The notes: generated by a model from the letters alone, not told the origin. Counted from the stretch's first letter, positions 37,402-50,899 are shown. The stretch: 64,000 nucleotides of DNA from Octopus sinensis (GCF_006345805.1 NC_043002.1:83080001-83144000); one strand, 5' to 3'. A program made the numbers and translations.

Positions 37402-40173
37402 TTAAATTTCAACAATTGAGGGCAAAATTAATTAATTATTAATCAATTTCACCAAGTGTTCAGTATGCAAAGGGACCATTCAAGGCGAATTCAAATTATT
37501 ATATTATATAAAAGGGCTTAGTAAAATAAATTACTTTGCCGCCTACTGAACTCATTAGAAATAGCAGCTAAAAAACTTTTTTAAGGCTATTTCTAATACT
37601 TAAAGAAAATCTCTCTCATATATAGTGTTTGCTTAATTCAACTCACAAAAGTTTGGGGGTAAGGACATCGAAAAATCAAATGCTAAGGTTATTCGAGAAC
37701 GTACGTTTCAAGATTAGTCAAAACAACATTTCTATCATCGGCTCGGAAATTCCTTGTGTTTGGATTTGGGAACCTGAAAATAAGAACATACCCTTTCGAA
37801 GATCTGCTCCCAACTAACAGTGCCAACAAATTCAAAATAAGCAAGCGAAGAATCTCTGTTCTCCCCTTTCCACCAGCGTGGGTTAAAATCATCAAACACT
37901 ATGCTTATTTCGGTAAAATCCGAAGCATTAATCAGAGGGAGATTAATTATAATTTCAACAATTGAGGGCAAAATTAATTAATTATAATCAATTTCACCAA
38001 GTGTTCAGTATGCAAAGGGACCATTCAGGCGAATTCAAATTATTATATTATATAAAAGGGCTTAGTAAAATAAATTACTTTGCCGCCTACTGAACTCATT
38101 AGAAATAGCAGCTAAAAAACTTTTTTAAGGCTATTTCTAATACTTAAAGAAAATCTCTCTCATATATAGTGTTTGCTTAATTCAACTCACAAAAGTTTGG
38201 GGGTAAGGACATCGAAAAATCAAATGCTAAGGTTATTCGAGAACGTACGTTTCAAGATTAGTCAAAACAACATTTCTATCATCGGCTCGGAAATTCCTTG
38301 GTTTGGATTTGGGAACACTGAAAATAAGAACATACCCTTTCGAAGATCTGCTCCCAACTAACAGCGCAAACAAATTCAAAATAAGCAAGCGAAGAATCTC
38401 TGTTCTCCCCTTTCCACCAGCGTGGGTTAAAATCATCAAACACTATGCTTAATTCGAGGCTAAATATCCAAGATTACTCAGATTAAGTTAATTATAATTT
38501 CAACAATAGGCAAAATATTAATATTAAATTAACCATTTTCAAGCCAGTGACCATTCAAAGGGCGAATTCAAATATATTATATATAAAAGGGCTTAGTAAA
38601 ATAAATTACTTTGCCGCCTACTGAACTCATTAGAAATAGCAGCTAAAAAACTTTTTTAAGGCTATTTCTAATACTTAAAGAAAATCTCTCTCTATATAGT
38701 GTTTGCTTAATTCAACTCACGCAAAAATGGGGGTAAGGACATCGAAAAATCAAGTAAGTTTCGAGAATTAGTTCGCGAAACGTACGTTTCAAGATCGCAA
38801 ATAAATTTAACTATAGCCCTTATTAAATTAAATAATTTGAATTCGCCTTGAATGGTCCCTTTGCATACTGAACACTTGGTGAAATTGATTAATAATTAAT
38901 TAATTTTGGCCCTCAATTGTTGAAATTATAATTAATCTCCTCTGATTAATGCTTCGGATTTTACCGAAATAAGCATAGTGTTTGATGATTTTACCCACGC
39001 TGGTGGAAAGGGGAGAACAGAGATTCTTCGCTGCTTATTTTGAATTTGTTGGCACTGTTAGTTGGAGCAGATCTTCGAAAGGGTATGTTCTTATTTTCAG
39101 TGTTCCCAAATCCAAACCAAGGAATTTCCGAGCCGATGATAGAAATGTTGTTTGGACTAATCTTGAAACGTACGTTCTCGAATAACCTTAGCATTTGATT
39201 TTTCGATGTCCTTACCCCCAAACTTTTGTGAGTTGAATTAAGCAAACACTATATATGAGAGAGATTTTCTTTAAGTATTAGAAATAGCCTTAAAAAAGTT
39301 TTTTAGCTGCTATTTCTAATGAGTTCAGTAGGCTGCAAGTAATTTATTTTACTAAGCCCTTTTATATAATATAATAATTTGAATTCGCCTTGAATGGTCC
39401 CTTTGCATACTGAACACTTGGTGAAATTGATTAATAATTAATTAATTTTGCCCTCATTGTTGAAATTATAATTAATCTCCCTCTGATTAATGCTTCGGAT
39501 TTTACCGAAATAAGCATAGTGTTTGATGATTTTAACCCACGCTGGTGGAAAGGGGAGAACAGAGATTCTTCGCTTGCTTATTTTGAATTTGTTGGCACTT
39601 TAGTTGGGAGCAGATCTTCGAAAGGGTATGTTCTTATTTTCAGTGTTCCCAAATCCAAACAAGGAATTTCCGAGCCGATGATAGAAATGTTGTTTTGACT
39701 AATCTTGAAACGTACGTTCTCGAATAACCTTAGCATTTGATTTTTCGATGTCCTTACCCCCAAACTTTTGTGAGTTGAATTAAGCAAACACTATATATGA
39801 GAGAGATTTTCTTTAAGTATTAGAAATAGCCTTAAAAAAGTTTTTTAGCTGCTATTTCTAATGATTTCAGTAGGCGGCAAAGTAATTTATTTTACTAAGC
39901 CCTTTATATATAATATATATATATTATGTATATATGTATATATATATATATATTTATGTATATATATATATATTTATGTATATATGTATATATTATATAT
40001 TTATGTATATGTATATATATATATATTTATGTATATATATTATATATATATTTTATATATATATATATATATTGTGTATATATAATTTATTATATATGTA
40101 TATATATATATATATATTTATGTATATATGTATATATATATTATATATATTTATTATATATATTTATGTATAT

Positions 40174-40220
<47 letters not shown>

Positions 40221-42965
40221 GTATATATGTATAATATATATATTATGTATTTATGTATATATGTATATATATATATATATATATTTATGTATATGTATGT
40301 ATATATATATATTTATGTATAGATGTATATATATATATATATATTATGTATATATGTATATATAATATATATATATGTCTATATGTTATATATATTATAT
40401 GTATATATTTTGTATATATAGATATATATATATGTATATATGTATATATATATATATATATATTTAAATTTCAACAATGAGGGCAAAATTAATTAATTAT
40501 TAATCAATTTCACCAAGTGTTCAGTATGCAAAGGGACCATTCAAGGCGAATTCAAATATTATATTATATAAAAGGGCTTAGTAAAATAAATTACTTTGCC
40601 GCCTACTGAACTCATTAGAAATAGCAGCTAAAAAACTTTTTTAAGGCTATTTCTAATACTTAAAGAAAATCTCTCTCATATATAGTGTTTGCTTAATTCA
40701 ACTCACAAAAGTTGGGGGGGTAAGGACATCGAAAAATCAAATGCTAAGGTTATTCGAGAACGTACGTTTCAAGATTAGTCAAAACAACATTTCTATCATC
40801 GGCTCGGAAATTCCTTGGTTTGGATTTGGGAACACTGAAAATAAGAACATACCCTTTCGAAGATCTGCTCCAACTAACAGTGCCAACAAATTCAAAATAA
40901 GCAAGCGAAGAATCTCTGTTCTCCCCTTTCCACCAGCGTGGGTTAAAATCATCAAACACTATGCTTATTTCGGTAAAATCCGAAGCATTAATCAGAGGGA
41001 GATTAATTATAATTTCAACATTGAGGGCAAAATTAATTAATTATTAATCAATTTCACCAAGTGTTCAGTATGCAAAGGGACCATTCAAGGCGAATTCAAA
41101 TATTATATTATATAAAAGGGCTTAGTAAAATAAATTACTTTGCCGCCTACTGAACTCATTAGAAATAGCAGCTAAAAAACTTTTTTAAGGCTATTTCTAA
41201 TACTTAAAGAAAATCTCTCTCATATATAGTGTTTGCTTAATTCAACCACAAAAGTTTGGGGGTAAGGACATCGAAAAATCAAATGCTAAGGTTATTCGAG
41301 AACGTACGTTTCAAGATTAGTCAAAACAAATTTCTATCATCGGCTCGGAAATTCCTTGGTTTGGATTTGGGAACACTGAAAATAAGAACATACCCTTTCG
41401 AAGATCTGCTCCCAACTAACCGTGCCAACAAATTCAAAATAAGCAAGCGAAGAATCTCTGTTCTCCCCTTTCCACCAGCGTGGGTTAAAATCATCAAACA
41501 CTATGCTTATTTCGGTAAAATCCGAAGCATTAATCAGAGGGAGATTAATTATAATTTCAACAATTGAGGGCAAAATTAATTAATTATTAATCAATTTCAC
41601 AAGTGTTCAGTATGCAAAGGGACCATTCAAGCGGCAATTCAAATTATTTATTATATAAAAGGGCTTAGTAAAATAAATTACTTTGCCGCCTATGAACTCA
41701 TTAGAAATAGCAGCTAAAAAACTTTTTTAAGGCTATTTCTAATACTTAAAGAAAATCCTCTCATATATAGTGTTTGCTTAATTCAACTCACAAAAGTTTG
41801 GGGGTAAGGACATCGAAAAATCAAATGCTAAGGTTATTCGAGAACGTACGTTTCAAGATTAGTCAAAACAACATTTTACTAAGCCCTTTTATATAATATA
41901 ATAATTTGAATTCGCCTTGAATGGTCCCTTTGCATACTGAACACTTGGTGAAATTGATTAATAATTAATTAATTTTGCCCTCAATTGTTGAAATTATAAT
42001 TAATCTCCCTCTGATTAATGCTTCGGATTTTACCGAAATAAGCATAGTGTTTGATGATTTTAACCCACGCTGGTGGAAAGGGGAGAACAGAGATTCTTCG
42101 CTTGCTTATTTTGAATTTGTTGGCACTGTTAGTGGGAGCAGATCTTCGAAAGGGTATGTTCTTATTTTCAGTGTTCCAAATCCAAACCAAGGAATTTCCG
42201 AGCGATGATAGAATGTTGTTTTGACTAATCTTGAAACGTACGTTCTCGAATAACCTTAGCATTTGATTTTTCGATGTCCTTACCCCCAAACTTTTGTGAG
42301 TTGAATTAAGCAAACACTATATATGAGAGAGATTTTCTTAAGTATTAGAAATAGCCTTAAAAAAGTTTTTTAGCTGCTATTTCTAATGAGTTCAGTAGGC
42401 GGCAAAGTAATTTATTTTACAAGCCCTTTTATATAATAATAATTTGAATTCGCCTTGAATGGTCCCTTGCATATGAACACTTGGTGAAATGATTAATAAT
42501 TAATTAATTTTGCCCTCAATTGTTGAAATTATAATTAATCTCTCTGATTAATGCTTCGGATTTTACCGAAATAAGCATAGTGTTTGATGATTTTAACCCA
42601 CGCTGGTGGAAAGGGGAGAACAGAGATTCTCGCTTGCTTATTTTGAAGTTGTTGGCACTGTTAGTTGGGAGCAGATCTTCGAAAGGGTATGTTCTTATTT
42701 TCAGTGTTCCCAAATCCAAACCAAGGAATTTCCGAGCCGATGATAGAAATGTTGTTTTGACTAATCTTGAAACGTACGTTCTCGAATAACCTTAGCATTT
42801 GATTTTTCGATGTCCTTCCCAAACTTTTGTGAGTTGAATTAAGCAAACACTATATATGAGAGAGATTTTCTTTAAGTATTAGAAATAGCCTAAAAAAGTT
42901 TTTTAGCTGCTATTTCGAATGAGTTCAGTAGGCGGCAAAGTAATTTATTTTACTAAGCCCTTGTA
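37402..42965. repeat. ~545-bp tandem/inverted repeat array with ~3.06-kb higher-order duplication
   Basis: Unit starts at 37405, 37951, 38496, 40467, 41011 and 41553 (forward). Inverted two-unit tracts at ~38812-39905 and 41878-42963. A TA-rich spacer occupies 39906-40462. Confidence 0.92.
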
Positions 42966-43920
42966 TATAATATATTAGATTAGGTAATATAGTATATATA
43001 TATATATTTAGGTATATATTATATATATTAGTATATATGTATATATATATATATTTATGTATATAGTAATATATATAATATTTAGGTATATATATATATA
43101 TATTTATGTATTATGTATATATATATATATTTATGTATATATGTATATAATATATATTTATGTATATATGTATATATATATATATATATATTTATGTATA
43201 TATATTTATGTATATATGTATATATATATATATATTTATGTATAATGTATATATATATATATATATATTATGTATATATATTTATGTATATATGTATATT
43301 ATATATATATATATTTATGTATATATGTATATATATATATATATATTTATGTATATATGTATATATATATATATATATATTTATGTATATATGTATATAT
43401 TATATATATTTATGTATATATGTATATCTATATATATATATATTTATGTATATATGATATATATATATTATTTATGTATATATGTATATAATATATATAT
43501 TTATGTATATATGTATATATATATATATTTATGTATATAAATATATATATTATATATATTTATGTATATAATTATATTATATATAATATTTATGTATGTA
43601 TGTATATATTATATATATATATTTATGTATATATGTATATATATATTAATATGTATATATGTATATATATATATATATATTTATGTATATATGTATATAT
43701 ATATACATATATTTATTTATATAGTATATATTATATACATATATTTATGTATATATGTATATATATACATATATTTATGTATATATGTATATAAATATAT
43801 ATATGATTGAATCAATCAATCAATCAATCAATCAATACATATATATATATTTATGTTATATGTATATATATAATATATTTTATGTATATATGTATATAAT
43901 TATATATATATATATATATG
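42966..43920. repeat. Compound TA-rich microsatellite with recurring TATTTATGTATATATG motif (similar tracts at 39906-40462 and 45190-46200)
   Basis: Direct reading. Confidence 0.9.
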
Positions 43921-45190
43921 ATTGATTGATTGATTGATTGATTCCAGTTTCAGCTTATGAGCTGTGGCCATGCTGGGGCACCGCCATTTGGTGTTGCTAC
44001 TTGGTTTCACTTCATGGAGGCTTTCTAGCAACTGCTATTTGGTGCATGAGAGAGTTCGATTGCAGCTGCCCTCATCTGCCCCTCCTGCCGTGAAGTTGGT
44101 TCATCTGGGACACCTGACAGGAAGAGATCCAGCTCCATTTTAAAGACATCTGTATCCACCCCATGCAGGTCTCTCAGGTTCATCGGGAGGATATTGAAGA
44201 GCTGTGGGCCTCGGAAGCCCAGGCTATCACAGAATCTTGTCTACATCTTGATGGCAAGTTTGGAGTCCTAGGCACCAGCAGTGGCGCCCAGTTCTGGCGT
44301 TGCGTAACTCTCGATGCCAAAGTTCAGGACACTTCCCTCCAGGATCTTCCAGATGTATATTATGGCATACTTTCCCGCCTACGCTCCAGGGAATATAATT
44401 TTATCTCTGAGTCTTTCCCAGTAGCTTACATTCTGCATAGAGGCTATCTTCTTCGTGTAGCTTCGTTGGATCGCCTCAAGTTCTGTGATCAACTTGACAC
44501 TGGATGGTGACCATAGCTGAGAGCAATAGTCAAAGTGACTTAGGACAAGTGTCTTCCAGAGGACCATCATGGTTTCTTGTTCTCTTGTTCTAAAGGTTCT
44601 AAGAATCATCCAGCAGCCGTCTACATTTCATTGTCAGTTTAGCAACATGTACATGAAAGGTCGCGTCATCACTCATGTGAATACCCAGGTCACGCATGAT
44701 TGTGCCTCTGGGATTGCAATCCCTCCGGGTCCAGGTATTCCTTGGGTGCATTCAGTTTTGCATGCTGATAGTATAAAGCTTGAAACTTTTCAGCATTGAA
44801 CTGCATGCTATTCTTTTCAGCCCACTTGTATATTTCGTCCAGCTCATATTGCAGGTGCCTAGTGTCTTCAGGGTTCTGTATTGCCTGTGAAACTTTTGTA
44901 TCATCTGCATCTTGTGATCGTGGCTCTCCGCGTGGCTGAGGGCATGTCTGAGAGGGCCATTATGAACAGTAGTGGTCCCAAAACAGTGCCCTGTGGAACA
45001 CCGCTCACTATTTGCGTGCTAATGGAAGTGGCCCCATTGGCTACTACCACCTGACTTCTATTCTTCAGAAAGTCGTGAAGCCATTCTCCTAGTTTTCCAA
45101 CTATGCCAGATCACGCAGTTTGTGACATATCATTCCATGATCGACTTTATCGAAGGCCTTTGCGAAGTCGAGATATATGACTTCCACATA
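43920..45190 (-). mobile_element. CR1-group (CR1/L2/Crack-like) LINE, 5'-truncated, with (TCAA)n tail
   Basis: [27 protein letters not shown], frameshifted ADDTK, FNAEKF, LWKTLVLSHFDYCSQLWSP, ELEAIQRSYTK. Confidence 0.9.
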
Positions 45191-46681
45191 TATACATATA
45201 TTTATGTATATATGTATATATAAATATATATATACATATATTTATGTATATATGTATATAAATATATATATATACATATATATATATACATATATTCTAA
45301 TATATATATATACATATATTTATGTATATATGTATATAAATATATATATATACATATATATATATACATATATTTCTATATATATATATATTACTATATA
45401 TATATATTACATCTATATATACATATTATATATATAATATATATATATACATATATATATATACTATATATATAGACATATATATATACATATATATATA
45501 TACATATATATATATACATATATATATACATTATATATACACATATATACACATATATATATATATACATATATTTATGTGTATATATAATATATACACA
45601 TATATATACATATATTATGTATATATGTATATACATATATATATACATATATTTATGTATATATATATACATATATATATAATACATTATAATACATATA
45701 TTTATGTATATATATAATATATACACATATATATATACATATATTTATGTATATATATAATATACATATATATATTACATATTATTTATGTATATATATA
45801 TATATACACATATATATATACATATATTTATGTATATATATATATATATATATACATATATATATACATATATTTATGTATATATATATATAACATATAT
45901 ATATATACATATATTTATGTATATATACATAATATATATACATATTATGTATATATATATATACATATATATATATACATATATTTATGTATATAATATC
46001 ATCAATATATATATACTTATATTTAGTATATATATATACATATATATATATACATATATTTAGTATATATATACCTATTATATATACATATATTTATGTA
46101 TATATATAACCTATATCTATACATATATTTATGTGTATATATATATATATATATACATACATATATTTATGTATATATATATATACACACATATATTTGT
46201 AAATATTTTTTTTAAAGTGAGGAAAGGCTGTGCACTGAGTCAATCCCACTCACTAAGCAACAGCAGCCATAATCCGAAAAGGACAAGTCAACATCATTGG
46301 TAACCACTGAGCCGCAGATTTTATGCCAGAGTTATCCCAGTTACCTGAGTTAACTTCTAGAAGGATGCCCTAACAAAGGCTAGGAATCCTTCACTCCCAA
46401 TGGTTCAACCGCGCGATCGGTTATTCAGTTCAATTATTTCTATGTCCCCGCGCATGATATAGCCTTAAGCCTTTAAAAAAATACACTTATTGGATGGCCG
46501 TTGACTCTCAATAGTTCCTCTGCCCTTTGACGGGTTTTGTTTTTCATCCCGCAGGGTGTCCAATAAACACCCTCCTCACCAAGCAAGCTTGGTGGGTTTG
46601 CCAGTTTTGACGCCGACGGCCCGACCATGCAACAGGTTGTACTGGGTTACATGTTACCATACATACATACATACATACATA

Positions 46682-46847
46682 CAGAGTCGGCTCAAGGTAT
46701 CGGCAACTCGGGCAGTCTCCCAGAGCGCCATGTACTAGGGGGTACCAAGGAGGACGTGACAAAGACAAGAAAATTTCTATGACCGTCAGCTTGTAAACGC
46801 CTAAGTTCAGCTAGTCCGAGGAGCAAGCATCCCTAGGGTCGACCCTA
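46682..46847. mobile_element. hAT-like MITE in (TACA)n, copy 1
   Basis: CAGAGTCGGCTCAAGG ... CCTAGGGTCGACCCTA. Homologous to 46860-47025. Confidence 0.6.
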
Positions 46848-46859
46848 CATACATACACA

Positions 46860-47025
46860 CAGGGCCGGCTCAAGGTACCGGCAACTCGGGCTGTCGTCCG
46901 GGGCGCCATGTGTTCGGGGGCACCAAGGAGAGCGTGACAAAGACAAGAAAATTTCTACAATCGTCAGCTTGTACACGCCGAAGTCCAGCTAGTCCGGGAT
47001 GCCAGCAACATTAGGATCGGTCATA
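46860..47025. mobile_element. hAT-like MITE in (TACA)n, copy 2
   Basis: CAGGGCCGGCTCAAGG...GTGACAAAGACAAGAAAATTTCTA...CAGCTAGTCC. Confidence 0.6.
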
Positions 47026-47309
47026 CATACATACATACATACGTACTTACCAGACTACCCATCCTTCGCAAAGAAGGAAATCAGTCAATATAACAGCTTG
47101 AATTTCAGCTGTAAATTTCATACGTTTTTTTTTAAGCTTTACCTTTCTTCTAGCTAAAAAAAAATTACTGACGATTTCCTTATAAGCTATTCACACGCTA
47201 GCTTTTGTAACTAGAACCGATAAAGCATTCTTTATTCTACATTTGTTTCCTATTTTTTTCATAACACATCCTTTTCTTTGTAATGTAGAAAGACTTCGTT
47301 TATAGACAG

Positions 47310-47585
47310 GGTAGGCATGGGTGTGCGATAAAAAGTTTGCTTCCCAACCACATGGTTCTGGGTTCAGTTCCACTGCGTTGGCACTTCGGGCAAGTGTCTT
47401 CTACTATAGCCTCGGGACGACCAAATTCTTACGTGTGGATTTGGTAGACGGAATCTGAAACATGTCTGTCGTTTATGTGTGTGTGTGTGTGTGTGCGCGT
47501 GTGTGTATGTTTGTTCCCCACCGTCGCTTGACAACCGGCGTTGAGTTGTTTACGTCCCCGTAAGTTAACAGTTCGCCAAAAAGGA
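47310..47585 (+). mobile_element. SINE family A, partial
   Basis: Head and core match; the tail is lost. Confidence 0.8.
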
Positions 47586-47899
47586 GAAAGAAATCCCAAT
47601 AATTACTGAGATTCCTTTTTTTTCTTTGTTTGTGATAAGTATACTGACACTAGGATGAATGTCACGCATTCTTCTCCTTCACCCCTATGTAGGAACCCCC
47701 TCGAGTAAGTCGTGTTTGGGTTCCCTGGTCGTCACATTAATGTGAATCTGCCTCCTACTCTTATAGAAAATGGGGTCAGAAATCCACGAGAGTTACCCTT
47801 GAGTTTGCTTTGAATCAGATGCTAGCCACTTCATCATATTTCTCCATTCTACCAATTAGCGCGTAAATAACAACAATAAAAATTAAAATAATGATAATC

Positions 47900-48208
47900 C
47901 TTACTACTGAAGGCACAAGGCCTGAAATTTGGTGGGGAGGGGATAAGTCGATTATATTGACTCCAGTACTCAGCTGTACTTTCGACCCCGAAAGTATGAA
48001 AGGCAAAGTCGACCTCAGCGGAATTTGAACTCAGAACGTAGCGGCAGACGAAATACCTATTTCTTTACCGCCCACAAGGGGCTACACACAGAGGGGATAA
48101 ACAAGGACAGACAAACGGATTAAGTCGATTATATCGATCCCAGTGCGTAACGAAATACCGCTAAGTATTTCGCCCGGCATGCTAACGATTCTGCCGGCTC
48201 ACCACCTT
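47900..48208 (-). mobile_element. SINE family B containing a 94-bp 5'-truncated long-tail family B insertion
   Basis: Insert 48057-48150 flanked by CGAAATAC (48049-48056 / 48151-48158). Confidence 0.9.
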
Positions 48209-48264
48209 CACAATTATAATAATAATAATAGTAGTAGTAGTAGTAGTAATAATAGTAATAATCC

Positions 48265-48720
48265 TTTCCACTATAGGTACAAGGCCTGAAATTTGGGGGA
48301 GGGGATAGTCGACTACATCGACCCCTGTACTCAACTGGTACTTAATTTATCGACTCCCGAAAGGATAATAGGCAAAGCCGACCTCAGTGGAATTTGAACT
48401 CAGAACGTAAAGACGGACGAAATGCCGCTAAGCATTTTTGCTCGACGTGCTAACGATTCTACCAGTTCACCACCTTAATATAGCTTTCAAGTTTTGGCAC
48501 AAGGCCAGCAATTTCGGGGAAGGGAGAGGTCGATTAGATCGTTAACACGCCGGACAAAATGCTTAGCGGCTTTTCGTCTGTCTTTACATTCTGAGTTTAA
48601 ATGCTGCCGGGATCGACTTTGCCTTTCAGAGTTCAGTTGAACACGGAGGTCGATGTAATCGACTTACATCTCTTCCCCCGAAATTACTGGCCTTGTGCCA
48701 AAATTTAAAATCATCATCAT
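48265..48720. mobile_element. Further SINE family B copies and fragments (both orientations)
   Basis: GGAATTTGAACTCAGAACGTAAAGAC and GGCACAAGGCC motifs. Confidence 0.75.
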
Positions 48721-48761
48721 CATTATTATTTATTTATTTATTTTAAGAGTTCAAACATACT

Positions 48762-49112
48762 CTTACTCTTTTACTTGTTTCAGTCATTTGACTGTGGCCA
48801 TGCTGGAGCACCGCCTTTAGTCGAGCAAATCGACCCCAGGACTTATTCTTTGTAAGCCTAGTACTTATTCTATCGCTCTCTGTTGCCGAACTGCTAAGTT
48901 ACGGGGACGTAAACACACCACCATCGGTTGGCAAGCGATATTGGGGAGGGGGGGGGGACAAACACAGATATATATATATACATACATACATACATATATA
49001 CGACGGGCTTCTTTCAGTTTCCATCTACCAAATCCACTCACAAGGCTTTGGTCGGCCCAAGGCTATAGTAGAAGACACTTGCCCAAGGTACCACGCAGTG
49101 GAACTGAACCCT
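48762..49112 (-). mobile_element. SINE family A, head truncated
   Basis: Family consensus match. Confidence 0.88.
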
Positions 49113-50305
49113 TAGAATTATTTTTTAGCTGCAACACTAGTAAAGATTTACCGTGTTTGTTTCCATCTTTGTTTTTGCCAGAGGTGAAATTCCGTCATAT
49201 TTTATGTACAGTGCAAATATCCGAGTTTTCCCTTGTTTATAGTGTTATGTGTTTTTACTTTTTTGTCAAACTTGCTCGTTTTTAAACTCATGTTCGTGTT
49301 TACAAAATTGCCAAAAACCCATCTATAATTCTTCGGGGCGTTTTCGTCAGACGAAGAAATGCTGTTAAACAAGTAAATTTAATATAAAATAAAGCGAAAA
49401 TGTCCAACAACAAACTTAATATTTTTCCAGCTCAAGGTAAAAGGGTGTTTACTCAAAGTGTAATAATCCTAGATTACTTTGACAACCAATGGCAAGTAAT
49501 CTTTACCAGTTGTGGTCTCTAGCTTACAGCCACTTGTCTATAGTTAGTGAGCCCGTTCGGTTATGCATAGCTCAACATCATCACTTATCACTCTGCCTTC
49601 ACCTTTCTTCTGTTCAGATGGTACTTGAAATATTTGATGAAGGCTTGATCAGAGAGGAAGAACCTTATCGTTAATTCTCCCAGTCACGTTCACTAAGTTT
49701 TCTTCTTTCGCCTCTTAATAATCAAACAGAAATAAAACTTCCTTACCAACACACACACACAAGGCGGTTGGAGCGTCTTACAGTTGTTCAGTAACTCCAC
49801 AAGTCGGTAATGTTCATACACTGAACGAATACGTATACGGAAAAGAATTACTGATTATATATTTATTGAGCCCAAAGTCTTGCCCACAACATCACCACTC
49901 ATGCCCACCACCAACTCTCTGTAGAATGCTAAAGGTTATTTTGTTTGTCTATGTTGACGCCTGTGTTGACGCCTATGTTGACGCCTGTGATGGGTGTCAT
50001 GACTTGCATTTGAATTGAATCTAAGTAAGAGTTTTTGCAAGCTAGGATAGACAAGTCGTAAATCACTGAGGATTTGAGATCCATCATCTACTCTCACCTA
50101 GTGTAGTCCGACGGCCAAAGTGGTTTTCCAGGCTGTGAGACGGCTGCACGTAACATAGCTTTTGAACCGCAGCTGAGAATTGTGTGTTAGTGAGTGACTA
50201 AATGTAGACTTGTTCCTAAAAGAAGACTAGTGCTTGCACCGAAGGTTCTGCTTCTCGTTATCTCCTAATATAGTAATGAACGTAGTGTTTTTATATATTT
50301 GTACG

Positions 50306-50392
<87 letters not shown>

Positions 50393-50837
50393 AATGTGAC
50401 CGCGTGTGTCCCGTTGGCGATTTTTTTTCCTCCGTCTTCCCTTCTCTGGATCTTTCCTTTTCCTATGTTTCTGACGAAGAGCTCCGCTCGAAATGTAAAA
50501 CCCTCCTTCTTCCCTTCCTTCCTGAGCGTCCAATAATACTATATTTGTTCCACGTCCTCGCGTTGTTGTGTTTTCTCTTTGTGTTTTCATGTTTGGATTA
50601 ACTTTATATATATATATAAATTAATGAATAAAATATATGCATACATACATACATATATGTACGTACCTACATCTACATGTATATATACATGCATATATAA
50701 ATATATATATGTGAGTACAGGACACCACAAGTAGACGTAGAACTCTACGAGAAACGAAAACGTAAAAACAAACATGGAAACGGACTTTTTTTAACAACAA
50801 AAAAACAGAGTACAAGACAAACAATACAAGGAATATT

Positions 50838-50899
50838 CCCCTTCATCAGCTGTCCCTAGTTCGACTCCATGCGTGTTTCGAAGGTAAGGACAGAACACG
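50838..50899 (-). ncRNA. Candidate non-circularly permuted hammerhead ribozyme, family H1, intact core
   Basis: CGTGT-T-CTGTCCTT-a-CCTTC-GAAA-CACG-(14 nt)-AGGGACAG-CTGATGA-AGGGG. Confidence 0.7.

Noticed and set aside
37629-42846. Repeated 60-110 aa ORFs in the 545-bp array
   Set aside because: Frames are broken differently in each unit and there are no recognisable domains.
43805-43943. Inverted (TCAA)n next to the LINE tail
   Set aside because: It lies in a low-complexity tract where slippage or assembly error is as likely as a mechanism.
39861-46063. Many Tyr/Ile/Met/Cys-rich ORFs, also at 5496-5833, 12762-13122, 22057-23232 and 60611-61179
   Set aside because: They are translations of (TA)n, (CA)n and (TATG)n repeats.
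46670-47040. CRISPR-like repeat-spacer pattern
   Set aside because: The long units are homologous, the short parts are microsatellite, the context is eukaryotic and there are no cas genes.
49600-49674. Possible exon after TTCTGTTCAG (MVLEIFDEGLIREEEPYR)
   Set aside because: It is short, has no donor or homology, and lies upstream of the only credible exon.
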